From: Macrostomum lignano
Taxonomy: Eukaryota
Reading direction: 5' to 3'
Assembly: GCA_002269645.1 (NCBI GenBank)
Contig: NIVC01000505.1
Coordinates: forward strand, 62,001 to 126,000
DNA: 64,000 bases
Each line of letters starts with the position of its first letter. The stretch's first letter is position 1. The translations under genes and the position numbers were made by a program. Below the pieces are notes generated by a model that worked only from the letters and a program-made list of their open reading frames with translations, was not told the DNA's origin and ran no database searches. This document shows positions 12,001 to 22,994 of the stretch, piece after piece.

Positions 12001-13574
12001 GAGCTAGCTGGCTTAGCAACACAAGCCTATCGTTGTCTTGGACTCCACCGCCAGTGACTGATAGCAATGGAATTCTTACCGGCTTTGTTATTCATTTGCG
12101 TGAACCGGCTTCAGTCAGGCAGTCGCAGCAGTCGTCTGGTAACTCAACATCTGGACTGGAATCTCGTCTAGTTTGGCGCACGATTAGTATTAACAACGGT
12201 AGCGCTAATAGTCACGTGATTACCGGCTTAGATCCTGCCGCAGATTACACTTTACACCTGGCCGCTGTTAATTGTCAAGGCGAAGGAACTAGATCGCCGC
12301 CTCTGCGCATACCATCGGCTATTTATAGTTTGAGCGCGGCGCAGGAAAAGAAGACCCTATTGAAAGAGCCGTGGTTTATCTCAATAATGGTTATTGGAAT
12401 ATTGCTTTGGCTAGCAGTCTGCGCTGTAGTCATCTTCGCCTTCCGGACCCGATGCCTGCATAGAAAGAAGCCGTATTATAAGCCTTATAACAAGGGGGTC
12501 GGTGGCGGCGGCAGCGGCGGCTGCGGTTCTGTCGACGCTAGCGGCAACGCTTTTCCATTGCTAAGCAAGTCGTCCGGCGGTCAGGATGACAGTTCGAATG
12601 GCTCGCGATTCACTGGCGGTGTTGGCCACGGCAGCGGGCACCAGTTGTCTGGCGAGCTGCACCAGCAGTCGCCGCCGCCTCCGCCAGACCTTCTTGATCA
12701 GCAGCAGCAGCAGCAGCATCAGAGTGCCGCTAGCAAGAAGCAACAACAGCAGCAGCAACAGCAACAACTATTCGCTAACAGTCCTATGCATATTCATCAT
12801 ATGCAGCAGCAGACTCCGTTGCTGATGCTGGGACACGGCGGTCCTGTTGTTGACCAGATGCTGCCAGCTGCTCCGATGCCGCCGCCAGCTACGCTGCCCT
12901 CGGTGGCGCCTGTAGCCACTCCGTACGCATCGGCCAGTCTGATTCAGAGCGCCATCCAACAGGACCGGCGCTACCAGCAGGGTTCGTTATATTCCAACGC
13001 CGACGAGCCAGCTTGCTCAATGAGCTGCTCAGATTGTAGCGACATCTCTGACAGTACAGCCGCTGTGCAAGATCATCACCAGCACCAGCATCAGCGTCAC
13101 GTGATGACCTCTTCAGGCGGCGCTGTTGGCAATATTAACTTCCCTAGTTACAAGCCGCCAGCTATGAATATCTGCGATTTCACGCCGCCACCGCCGCCGC
13201 TGTCTGATCTGGTTAGCGGCGGAGGCGGCAGCGGCGGCAGCAGTCGGTGTCCGTATTACACGGCCGATTATCAACAGCAGCAGCAGCAGCAGCAGCCGGC
13301 TTGCAAATCTGGCAGCCAGTCGTCTGAGTCTGGAGCGCCTAGTTGCTATGCTAATTGTGCTCCGGCTTCTACTCAGCAGCAGCAGCGGCTTGACAATAAG
13401 CTGGTTGTCCGACTAACTCCTGTCTCTACTGTTGGTGTTGGCGCCTACGTCACCACGGCCTCCAATTCGTCCTCTTGTTCGCCTAATTTCGGTCCGCAAG
13501 GATTGCCTAATACGGCAACGACAGTACAGCAGGTTCGCGGCGGAGTTATTAGTCATCATCATCATCCAGGGTGA
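9001..13574 (+). CDS. robo: Roundabout-family axon-guidance receptor, join(9001..9198,9711..13574), ~1353 aa
   Basis: Signal peptide MSFIALIALSHMVIASVLA; phase-0 intron (CAG|GTTGGT ... CTGACAG|GTA) joins the two halves of Ig1 in frame; five Ig domains (C...W...YxC), three FN3 domains, TM FISIMVIGILLWLAVCAVVIFAF, cytoplasmic CC1-like TPYASASLI and polyproline motifs. 5 Ig + 3 FN3 + CC1 is the diagnostic Robo architecture. Confidence 0.93.
9300..9612. repeat. 20-bp minisatellite (TATCATCTGGAAGCTTCACA) in the Robo intron
   Basis: About 15 tandem copies, most with an AAGCTT site; source of spurious ORF 9135..9644. Confidence 0.92.
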
Positions 13575-13669
13575 GCTGTCTACTCTGTATGCATATTTGA
13601 TGCGGGATGGCTATTAGCAGCTGACGAGACAAAACATTGAAAGTTCATTTCGATTGCCGGGTAGATAGA

Positions 13670-14398
13670 TGTGAAAGGGGGAGAGGGTAGAGGGGTGTGA
13701 AAAGGGGAGAGGGTAGAGGGGTGTGAGAAGGGGAGAGGGTAGAGGGGTGTGAAAAGGGGAGAGGGTAGAGGGGTGTGAGAAGGGGAGAGGGTAGAGAAGT
13801 GTGAGAAGGGAAGAGGGTAGAGGGGTGTGAGAGGGGGAGAGGGTAGAGGGGTGTGAGAAGGGGAGAGGGTAGAGGGGTGTGAAAAGGGGAGAGGGTAGAG
13901 GGGTGTGAGAAGGGGAGAGGGTAGAGGGGTGTGAGAGGGGGAGAGGGTAGAGGGGTGTGAGAAGGGGAGAGGGTAGAGGGGTGTGAAAAAGGGGAGAGAA
14001 TAGAAGGGTGTGAGAAGTGGAGAGGGTAGAGGGGTGTGAGAAGGGGAGAGGATAGAGGGGTGTGAAAAAGGGGAGAGAATAGAAGGGTGTGAGAAGTGGA
14101 GAGGGTAGAGGGGTGTGAGAAGGGTTGAGGGTAGAGGGGTGTGAGAAGGGGAGAGGGTAGAGGGGTGTGAGAAGGGGAGAGGGTAGAGGGGTGTGAGAAG
14201 GGGAGAGGGTAGAGGGGTGTGAGAAGGGGAGAGGGTAGAGGGGTGTGAGAAGGGGAGAGGGTAGAGGGGTGTGAGAAGGGGAGAGGGTAGAGGGGTGTGA
14301 GAAGGGGAGAGGGTAGAGGGGTGTGAGAAGGGGAGAGGGTAGAGGGGTGTGAGAAGGGGAGAGGGTAGAGGGGTGTGAGAAGGGGAGAGGGTAGAGGA
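13670..14398. repeat. 26-bp G-rich minisatellite (GAGAAGGGGAGAGGGTAGAGGGGTGT)
   Basis: About 28 tandem copies starting ~95 nt after the Robo stop codon. Confidence 0.93.
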
Positions 14399-14561
14399 TG
14401 AGCGGCAGGTTAGAAGAGTTGAAAGGAAGAGGATAGAGCATAGACCTCATAATTGGTTATAACAAAATGCTCAGAATTTCGGTATGTCTAACAAAAAAAG
14501 AAAAATTAATTCTGTTATAGAACTTTACAATATTTTACACATATTGTACTTTAATCAAAGG

Positions 14562-14753
14562 TGTTAAGTAGGAACAAGCGAGACATTTAGGCACGACAAA
14601 ACTCTTAAGGCCCAAGTTGGCCAAAGTCAGACTATATATATTGTCAAGTGAAGCGGGTTGAAATATTGATTCATGCAATGTACAGTGTCGCGTGTACATA
14701 GAGCTAGTGTGCATTTTGAATTAAGAAAGAGTTCTAAAACGCGACACACAACA
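14562..14753 (-). repeat. 3' LTR (192 bp)
   Basis: Matches 19349..19540 except one A/G at the 6th base from the left end on the + strand. Confidence 0.95.
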
Positions 14754-15139
14754 TCTCCCAACGCAAGAAATAAGTTTGTTAACCGATTACAGTATTAAAG
14801 TATTTAGCAAAATCTCCGAACGGAAGCGGAAATAAAAGCAAATTCGAATGGAAGCGGATTTAAAAAAAAAACTACAATCTTTGAGTCATGTTGGACTAAT
14901 AACATTGGCAACATTGATACAAACAATGCACATTAACTTTAATGCAAAGCTCTGGACCGATACAATGCAACAATACACTCCTAATCTCTCCACTGTCTAA
15001 CAATACAAAGTCGGAAATCAATGCGGAATATAACGCGACCTTACGATTCGCAAGCTCAAACAGTTCCAAAAAAAACAGTTCATCAAACTTTAACTCAAAT
15101 CAGAATCAAGCGTCAACTTATCTTCATCAATACAGCGGC

Positions 15140-18100
15140 TTAACTCGGATGATAGAAAACTGGCGTTTTGACAACTCGGCCACGCATTGTCCTGTACGGC
15201 TCATCTGACTGCTTTGAGGCCGGCTGCACGGAGGCCGGCTGCACGGAGGCCGGCTGCACGGAGGCCGGCTGCACGGAGGCCGGCTGCACGGAGGCCGGCT
15301 GCACGGAGGCCGGCTGCACGGAGGCCGGCTGCACAGAGGCCGGCTGCACAGAGGCCGGCTGCGCAGAGGCCGGCTGCACGGAGGCCGGCTGCACGGAGGC
15401 CGGCTGCTCAGCCTCGTCGACATCCTCGCTGTCACAATGGAGAGACTCGCTGAATGGCACATCTACCATTCGAGGCCTGATGAAACGGCGATTCCTTCTG
15501 AGCAGCTGACCAGTCTCGGTTCGAACCCAGTACGACCTTGGACAATTCTCCAGCTCGCTGTCGATCTCAGCAGCCACCCAGTCGCGACGACCTCGTTGGA
15601 GCCAGACCAGATCACCAGCAGCTAGTCTCCTCAATGGTCGAGCTCCTCGGTTGTACAACTGCGCTGCCCGAGTGCGCTGCTTCTCAAAGGCCTCTATGCT
15701 TGAGTGTAGGTGAATTTCCTTTGGCCGCAAATCTTGAACAGTTGCAGGCAAGTCGCACCGGAGCTTACGACCGAATGCCATCTCAGCTGGACTCGGAAAG
15801 CCGCTGCCGACTGGGGTGTTGCGGTAGTGAAGCAACGCCAGCTCCAGGTTCTGTCCAGTCTCTGAGCACTTCTTCAGCATATTCTTTGCCGTTTGTACGT
15901 AGCGTTCTGCTCTTCCATTTGATTGCGGGTACGTCGGACTTGAAGTTCGGTGCTCGACCTTGAATTCTGCTATCGTCTGTCGAAATTCCCGAGCGGAAAA
16001 CTGTGGACCTCCGTCGCTGACGAGTTTCTCTGGCACTCCGAAGTTTTGAAAATGGTCCCGAATCACTGAAACGACAGCTGCGCTGGTGGACGATCTCATT
16101 CGAGTGACACTCATCCAGCGACTGTAGGAGTCCACGTACACCAGGTAGGATGAACCGCCGAACTCGAACAGGTCTGTGGAGCAATCTTGGAATGGGAAGC
16201 TCGGCATGTCCACCGTCATCAGCGTCTCCTTAGACTGGGTTCTCATGTTTCGCTGACAAGACTCGCAGTCAGTGACGACCTGCTCCACACAGCTCCGCAT
16301 TCCTGGCCAGTAGAAATAGTCCTTAGCCTTGAGGTGCATTTTCACGATGCCTGGGTGCCCAGCATGAAGAATTTTGAGCACCTGTTTCCTTGAATCTCCG
16401 CTGGGAACATAGATCCGGTCCTTCAAGCACAAAAGTCCGGAAGCATAGGTCAGGTCATGCCGAACGTCCCAAAACGGCTTCAGGTCGTCTGTCAACCTCG
16501 CTCTGTGCTCTGGCCAACCGTCTAGGATGACATTCCGCAACCGCTCGCTCGTCATATCTTTGGCTGTTGCATTCTTGATCATGTGCAAGATCTCGCGGTC
16601 CCCGCTAAAGCAGCGCTCGACTGATAGGACTTGACCATCGAGGGCTTCTTCCAGCTGAATTGTGAGGAGATCAGCTGCACCGTGTGCTCGGCTCAATGTG
16701 TCGGCTACGTGCAACTCCTTTCCGGGAGTGTACTTGACGCGAATGTCATAAGGCTGCAACTGGAGCATAAGTCGCTGAATTCGAGGCGTTGTGTCACACA
16801 GAGCCTTCTTGAAGATCGCCTCCAACGGCTTGTGGTCGCTCTGGACATGCACTGTCCGGCCCCAGATGTATCGATGGAACTTTTTGCAGCCATAGACAAT
16901 AGCAAGAAGCTCTTTCTCGATTTGTGCATATGCTCGCTGGGCACTGGTCATTGCAGAGGACGCGTATTCGACTGGGCGATGGTCTTGTAGCAGCACTGCG
17001 CCAATTCCACTCTTGCTTGCGTCGACTGAAACCGTTACGGGCTTGGCTGTGTCAAAGGTAGCCAGCACCCGGTTCGAGCACAGATCCGCGATGATTGCAT
17101 CATACGCCTGGTCGTGCTGATCCAGCCAGCTCCATATGATTTCCTTCTTCAGGAGATGCCTCAGTGGTTCCGCAGTGGCTGACAGGTGAGGGCAGAATCT
17201 TGCCAAGTAGGTGACACAGCCGAGAAAACGCCTCAGTTGCTCTTTCTTTGCGGTTACGCCTTCCAGAGAGTCGGGTCTTGCCATCTGCTTGATTGCCTTG
17301 ACCTTCTGCGGATCAGCTCGAATTCCATCAGGGCCCAGAATATCGCCTAAGTAGTTCAGCTCTGGGGCTCCAACTCGCATCTTGTTCGGATTCAGCGTGA
17401 CGTTAGCGCGCTTGCACTGCTCCATCAGGCTGCGAACTGCAGTGTCATGTTCCTCGATGGTGCGCCCCCACACGATAATGTCATCGAAAAAGTTTTTCGA
17501 GTTCTTGACGTGACTGGTGACATTCTCCTCCATGCGCTTTTGGAACACTTCGGGGATCGATGATAAGCCGTACGGCACCCGCTTCCACCTGTAACGGCCG
17601 AATGGAGTATGGAACGTAGTGAGGAACGAGCTCTGCTCATCTAGCTTGAGCTGATGGAAACTCTCGTTGGCGTCAAATGTGCTGTACACCACGGCTCCAG
17701 CAGTCGCCATCCGAACTTCCTCCGCCGTTGGAATCGGGTGATACTCGCGGATGATGAACTGGTTCAGGTATGTTGGGTCAAGGCATAGGCGCATCGAGCC
17801 GTCCTTCTTCCAGACAATGGTGACGTTTGAAACCCATTGAGTCGGCTCGTCTACTCGAACAATTTTCCCATCTCTCTCCAGGCGCTCCAGCTCGCACTTC
17901 AATGGCTGATAGGCCGCGAATGGAACCTTGCGTGGCGGCTGGACTTTTGGAGCGGCATTTTCTGTTAGCTGAATTGTGTACTGCTGCTTCATGCACCCGA
18001 CACCTTTGAACACAGTCGGATAGTCTGCTATCAGCTGGCTGCTAGTGATCTGAGACTGGTGGGGTTTCTCAACTTTGCTGAGATTGGCTGGGCTCTTGTT

Positions 18101-19297
18101 TATGGCAAAAAGCTTCCTGATGAGATGCAACTCATGCAGTGCTGACTTCCAACCTATGATCGGAGTCGCGTTTTCTCCAACGACTACAAACTGAAGTTTA
18201 ACGTTTTTCTGACACGGAGACGAAACTGTCAGGTGAGTTAGGCCGACGACATCCAGCTGCTGTCTGTTGTAGGTAGTGAGTGTCCAGGATGTGGGCTCAA
18301 TTTCAGCCGCAGGGGCGAACTTGATCAGGCATCGCAGCGGAACAACGTTGACATCTGCCCCAGTATCGACCTTAAACTGGAGCATCCGTCCCGAATCCTT
18401 CGCCGTGAGATTCACCATCATTGTTGAGTAGTCGTGCAGACGCTGAGCTTCCAGTTTCTCAACTGTCATGACTGTCGCTGGTTTTGCCTTTTGGTCAGCG
18501 TCATCCAGCTGCTGCTTGTCCTCCTGGAGCTCGTTGACTTTCTTTGAGGACCGGCACATTGACGAGAAGTGGTTCAGACGGCCACAGCTGTTACACTTCC
18601 TACCGTAGGCTGGGCATTTTCTCCGCTCGTGCTGCAGTCCGCAGAAGCCACAGCCGCGGCCTGAAGGCGGTTTTGGTGGGCCAGCTGGTGCTCGGGGTCC
18701 ACCTTGGACAACATCCACCGTTGACGGCGGAGCTCGGCCGCTCTGAGTTGCCAGCAGAGCGCTAGCCTGTCGCTTTGACGTCTCCGAAGCCCGTCCCATC
18801 TGAATTGCACGGTTGAGTGTCAGGTTGGACTCACGGAGTAGTCTCTCTTTGAGCGCTGGGTCGCCGACTCCGATCACGATCTGGTCGCGGATGACGCTGT
18901 CGCCGACTGACTCGCCGTTGGCCGGTGTCGCGTAGTTGCACCTGGTCACGAGCTGTCGCAGAGAGGCAACGAACTGATCGAAGTCTTCCGACTCCTTCTG
19001 CACTCTGGTTCTGAACAGGTAGCGGTCGAAGGTCTCGTTGCTCATTGGCTCACAGTAATTCTTGAATTGATTGAGAACCCCAGCGTATGTCGCCACTTCG
19101 GCTGTCGGGAAGGTGGAGAACACGTCTTGTCCTTCTGATCCGAGCGCAGTCAACAGTATTGCAATCTTGACCTCTTCGCTCTCCTCCGTTTTCTTGGTTG
19201 CCTTCATGTAGAAGTCGATCGCTTTGCTCCATTTTCTCCAGTTATCTGCGCGATTGGCATCAAAAACCATCGGCTCTGGAGGCCTCAGTCCTTCCAT
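15140..19297 (-). CDS. Gag-Pol polyprotein (1385 aa): gag, 2x CCHC knuckle, aspartic protease, RT, RNase H, integrase
   Basis: CGFCGLQHERRKCPAYGRKCNSCGRLNHFSSMC; protease FKVDTGAD; RT LDANESF-like/FFDDII region; RNase H VDASKSG...EKELLA...SDHKPL; integrase HAGH...CESC and D(STDLF)-D(SDGGPQF)-E(NGRAER). PR-RT-RH-IN order is Ty3/gypsy; the double CCHC and single ORF are Mag-like. Confidence 0.96.
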   Translation of the reverse strand: MEGLRPPEPMVFDANRADNWRKWSKAIDFYMKATKKTEESEEVKIAILLTALGSEGQDVFSTFPTAEVATYAGVLNQFKNYCEPMSNETFDRYLFRTRVQKESEDFDQFVASLRQLVTRCNYATPANGESVGDSVIRDQIVIGVGDPALKERLLRESNLTLNRAIQMGRASETSKRQASALLATQSGRAPPSTVDVVQGGPRAPAGPPKPPSGRGCGFCGLQHERRKCPAYGRKCNSCGRLNHFSSMCRSSKKVNELQEDKQQLDDADQKAKPATVMTVEKLEAQRLHDYSTMMVNLTAKDSGRMLQFKVDTGADVNVVPLRCLIKFAPAAEIEPTSWTLTTYNRQQLDVVGLTHLTVSSPCQKNVKLQFVVVGENATPIIGWKSALHELHLIRKLFAINKSPANLSKVEKPHQSQITSSQLIADYPTVFKGVGCMKQQYTIQLTENAAPKVQPPRKVPFAAYQPLKCELERLERDGKIVRVDEPTQWVSNVTIVWKKDGSMRLCLDPTYLNQFIIREYHPIPTAEEVRMATAGAVVYSTFDANESFHQLKLDEQSSFLTTFHTPFGRYRWKRVPYGLSSIPEVFQKRMEENVTSHVKNSKNFFDDIIVWGRTIEEHDTAVRSLMEQCKRANVTLNPNKMRVGAPELNYLGDILGPDGIRADPQKVKAIKQMARPDSLEGVTAKKEQLRRFLGCVTYLARFCPHLSATAEPLRHLLKKEIIWSWLDQHDQAYDAIIADLCSNRVLATFDTAKPVTVSVDASKSGIGAVLLQDHRPVEYASSAMTSAQRAYAQIEKELLAIVYGCKKFHRYIWGRTVHVQSDHKPLEAIFKKALCDTTPRIQRLMLQLQPYDIRVKYTPGKELHVADTLSRAHGAADLLTIQLEEALDGQVLSVERCFSGDREILHMIKNATAKDMTSERLRNVILDGWPEHRARLTDDLKPFWDVRHDLTYASGLLCLKDRIYVPSGDSRKQVLKILHAGHPGIVKMHLKAKDYFYWPGMRSCVEQVVTDCESCQRNMRTQSKETLMTVDMPSFPFQDCSTDLFEFGGSSYLVYVDSYSRWMSVTRMRSSTSAAVVSVIRDHFQNFGVPEKLVSDGGPQFSAREFRQTIAEFKVEHRTSSPTYPQSNGRAERYVQTAKNMLKKCSETGQNLELALLHYRNTPVGSGFPSPAEMAFGRKLRCDLPATVQDLRPKEIHLHSSIEAFEKQRTRAAQLYNRGARPLRRLAAGDLVWLQRGRRDWVAAEIDSELENCPRSYWVRTETGQLLRRNRRFIRPRMVDVPFSESLHCDSEDVDEAEQPASVQPASVQPASAQPASVQPASVQPASVQPASVQPASVQPASVQPASVQPASVQPASVQPASKQSDEPYRTMRGRVVKTPVFYHPS

Positions 19298-19348
19298 TAG
19301 CTAGCTTGCTTGGCTATTGGGGGAAAGTACTTTATGCTTGCGACGCCA

Positions 19349-19540
19349 TGTTAGGTAGGAACAAGCGAGACATTTAGGCACGACAAAACTCTTAAGGCCC
19401 AAGTTGGCCAAAGTCAGACTATATATATTGTCAAGTGAAGCGGGTTGAAATATTGATTCATGCAATGTACAGTGTCGCGTGTACATAGAGCTAGTGTGCA
19501 TTTTGAATTAAGAAAGAGTTCTAAAACGCGACACACAACA
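19349..19540 (-). repeat. 5' LTR (192 bp)
   Basis: TG...CA ends; TATATATAG TATA-like motif on the - strand; immediately followed on - by the PBS. Confidence 0.95.
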
Positions 19541-19601
19541 AAAGGGCTATGGTTATATTATCAACCTACAAGACCTGAAAAACACATGACGCTTCGAAAA
19601 T

Positions 19602-19978
19602 CGGGGGCGCTTCATAAGACCTAAATTTCTCAACGCCTAAAGCATATGACTTCACATCACCTAAATTTCATAACGCCTAAGTTTCACAACGCCTAAAATC
19701 GAAAATGCAGCCTCGTTCACAACGCCTAAATTTCACAACGCCTAAAAATCTGCATGCTCTTTCATATCGCCTAAATTTCACAACACCTAAAACTGAATGT
19801 AAAGGAGAGAAGCAAAGATTTTAGGCGTTGTGAAATTTAGGCGATATGAAATTTAGGCGATGTGAAAGAGCGTGCAAATATTTTAGGCGTTGTGAAATTT
19901 AGGCGATATGAAATTTAGGCGTTGTGAAGTGTGGTGTTTTAGGCGTTGTGAAATTTAGGTCTTATGAAAGCGTCCCCG
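19602..19978. mobile_element. ~377-bp foldback/MITE-like element with subterminal 15-16-bp repeats
   Basis: TIRs CGGGGGCGCTTCATAAGACCTAAATTT / AAATTTAGGTCTTATGAAAGCGTCCCCG; left half has repeated TTTCACAACGCCTAAA, right half its reverse complement; flanking direct repeat AAAAT (or 8-bp CGAAAATC if the ends are 19603/19976). Confidence 0.8.
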
Positions 19979-20524
19979 AAAATCTACTAAGTAATGTAGC
20001 AGAATTATATTGATTATATTACAAAGTATTGTTTGTAAGCGCGATAGGGCTCGTGCAGAAACAGAGAGATTTTACGATGTTTTTTATAATGCAATTTTTA
20101 TAAAAGATCTCGGCGGAGTTATTGCTGGCGCCACTGAGACGCGAACCTGTCAAGGGAAAAAAAGATATTTAGACAGCTTAATTAACATTAAATTCTATCC
20201 TCGGGTCGGGGCTAAAGAGAAATTGTAAAACGACAGGCGGCTGTCTGGCTGGTTGACTTGTGGCCAGGTCCCCCTAGCATTAGAGACACCAGTTAGTGCG
20301 GCTTATAAAATATTTAGGCATCTGTGTGCATTTTTGGCTTAACACGGAGCTTCCTGGCCTTATAAAATTCTATTTAAATGTCCCCTTTTTGACAGTTTTA
20401 TTAGTCTAGCCAAAAGAGAAAGCGCTTTGAAAATTAGCTGAAGGTCAGCAAGCCTATGGCAGCTGAACTCCACACCTGGATTTGGGAATCTTAAATCTCT
20501 TTGTGGTGGCTGCTATTAGGTTTT

Positions 20525-20960
<436 letters not shown>

Positions 20961-21777
20961 CTAAAACCAGAACTCAGCACTACCTTGCTACTCTGCTTTT
21001 TCAGCCTCACAGAAAGGAACTGATGCAGTAGAAGATGCCGGCTCCTTACTTATCTTTCGCTTTTTCTCCGCACGTCCCGTTGACCTCGGCTGCTCAGCTC
21101 TTCTTTGAGCACGCAATATTCGAGTGGGAAATCTCCTCATTTCTCAGCAGAAGCGCCGGAGTAGCATCCCTTCTCTGTAATCCCGCGCGGTTCAGAGGCT
21201 GACTCTGAGGTCAAGACCATGCGCCATCGAATTCCCCTGCTCTGCTTCTCCTTGACTACTCATTTTTTATTCTTCAGCGCGTCTCTCCCCCCACCCGGCT
21301 TCTTCATCTCCGTCGTAAAAACTCGAGCATCCATCCGGGCTAGAATAACTCAATCTCAAAGTCTGCTGCTATCGTACGATGCTTGCAGCGTATTAGAAGT
21401 GTCACCAGAGCCAGTAACTTAATTATGCCTGGCTGCAGCCTGCAATAAAAATTGAGATTCGAGATGGGAAGAAAAAAGAAGACAAGTAGGATGAAAAACA
21501 CTGGAAATAGGACAAAGCCGTTCACTTTTTTCAAGATCTTTTTAGCGGGTTACTTTCTTGTGCGGGCGGAGCTGTTCGTTTGGGTCAAGTGAGGCTAACT
21601 TTATTTTAGCACAAAAAGTTAATGAAGAGAGTGTTCGTGAATGCTAATATGCTGATGGAGCTGAGCGGATCTGCTCGGGATTCAAGTGGGGAATTGGCAA
21701 TCTGGGATTTCAAGTGACTGGGGAGATTAACGCACTAAGACAGATGGGCTGGTAGACACTGAAATACGAGTTGCAGA

Positions 21778-21792
21778 TAGAGACAGACAGAC

Positions 21793-21869
<77 letters not shown>

Positions 21870-22165
21870 CACAGGCAGACAGACAGGCAGGCAGACAGAC
21901 ACACAGGCAGACAGACTGGCACACTCACAGGCAGACACACACACAGACAGACAGACAGACTGACACACTCACATGCAGACACACACAGACAGACAGACTG
22001 ACACACAGGCAGACAGGCATACAGGCAGACACACACAGACAGACAGACTGACACACAGGCAGACAGGCATACAGGCAGACACACACACAGACAGACAGAC
22101 TGACACACAGGCAGACAGACATACAGGCAGACAGACAGACAGACACACAGGCAGACAGGCACGTG
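21778..22165. repeat. (ACAG)n-derived microsatellite/minisatellite
   Basis: Direct reading. Confidence 0.9.
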
Positions 22166-22994
22166 CAGGCAATCAGTGGACAGAGGCCCAGACAGTCCAG
22201 TCGCCCTGTCCGGCCATAAACATTCGCTAAGCTAAGCGTTGGCAGTTAATCAGTCACCAAGCGATCGATCATTTCTCAGCCTCCCCCTCCCCTTATCGCG
22301 GCCGCAGTCTGCCGCATGTTCCGTCACAATTTGTGCATCAATTTGATATCGTGTCGTGTGTGCGCCTGCCTGTCTGTCTGTGTTGCATCAGTTCGCTTGT
22401 TCCATATTTTACCCGGAGACAGCCAAGGAAAGCAGACTTCCCAAATAGTGTAGACTGGCATAGATAGCGCCCGATCGTAAATCATAAAGATTTTTTCTGC
22501 CTTTTTTATCACCTTTTGGTGCATCAGTGCACCAGAATCTTGGTGTAATCTTTCTGATCTGCCTCATCTGATGCAGCTCATCGGCATCGGCAGTAGTAGT
22601 ATGATGGTAGTATTATGCTGCAATAGTCATTAATTGTTGGTTTTACTGCAATATTATGCAAGATGCCTGACTAAGAGAGAAATAATAAAGATAACCAGCA
22701 GATAACTATTTATTCCGCGTCTCTTGGGTAAGGTGGTGTGAGTGAGTGTTTTTTTTACCCACCAGCACAGCTGGATTTGATTACGCAATCAGCTACTGTT
22801 GAGTGTGTGTGGTGAGGGGGGAGCATTCTGTGGACGTCTGACCTCCAGTCCCCCACTGTGCGGGTTTCTATGATGATAGTAAAATAAATTGCTTTTTTAA
22901 GCGGGGGTTGTGGGGTCAAACAAGTTAGTTGATTGTTCTCCTGTGGTTTCTCTTGTTTTGTGTGTGTCTGATTCATCCTCTAAACCATTCCTCC

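Larger units (their letters stand above)
14562..19540 (-). mobile_element. Full-length Ty3/gypsy (Mag-like) LTR retrotransposon
   Basis: 192-bp LTRs (14562..14753 and 19349..19540) with TGTT...AACA ends and one mismatch; 5-bp TSD AAAGG (14557-14561, 19541-19545); PBS TGGCGTCGCAAGCA next to the 5' LTR (tRNA-Ser-like, inferred); short PPT (TGGGAGA on -) next to the 3' LTR; single gag-pol ORF. Confidence 0.97.

Noticed and set aside
14942-15963. Plus-strand ORFs overlapping the integrase end (EAGCT / RPAAR repeats)
   Set aside because: Alternative-frame readings of the QPASV coding repeat and adjacent retroelement sequence.
19820-19960. TTAGGC telomere-like hexamers
   Set aside because: Spaced every 15-16 bp as part of MITE subrepeats, not contiguous telomeric repeats.
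21040-21460. Moderately GC-rich stretch with an acceptor-like site on the minus strand
   Set aside because: Every frame I translated hits early stops; could not be joined to any gene model.
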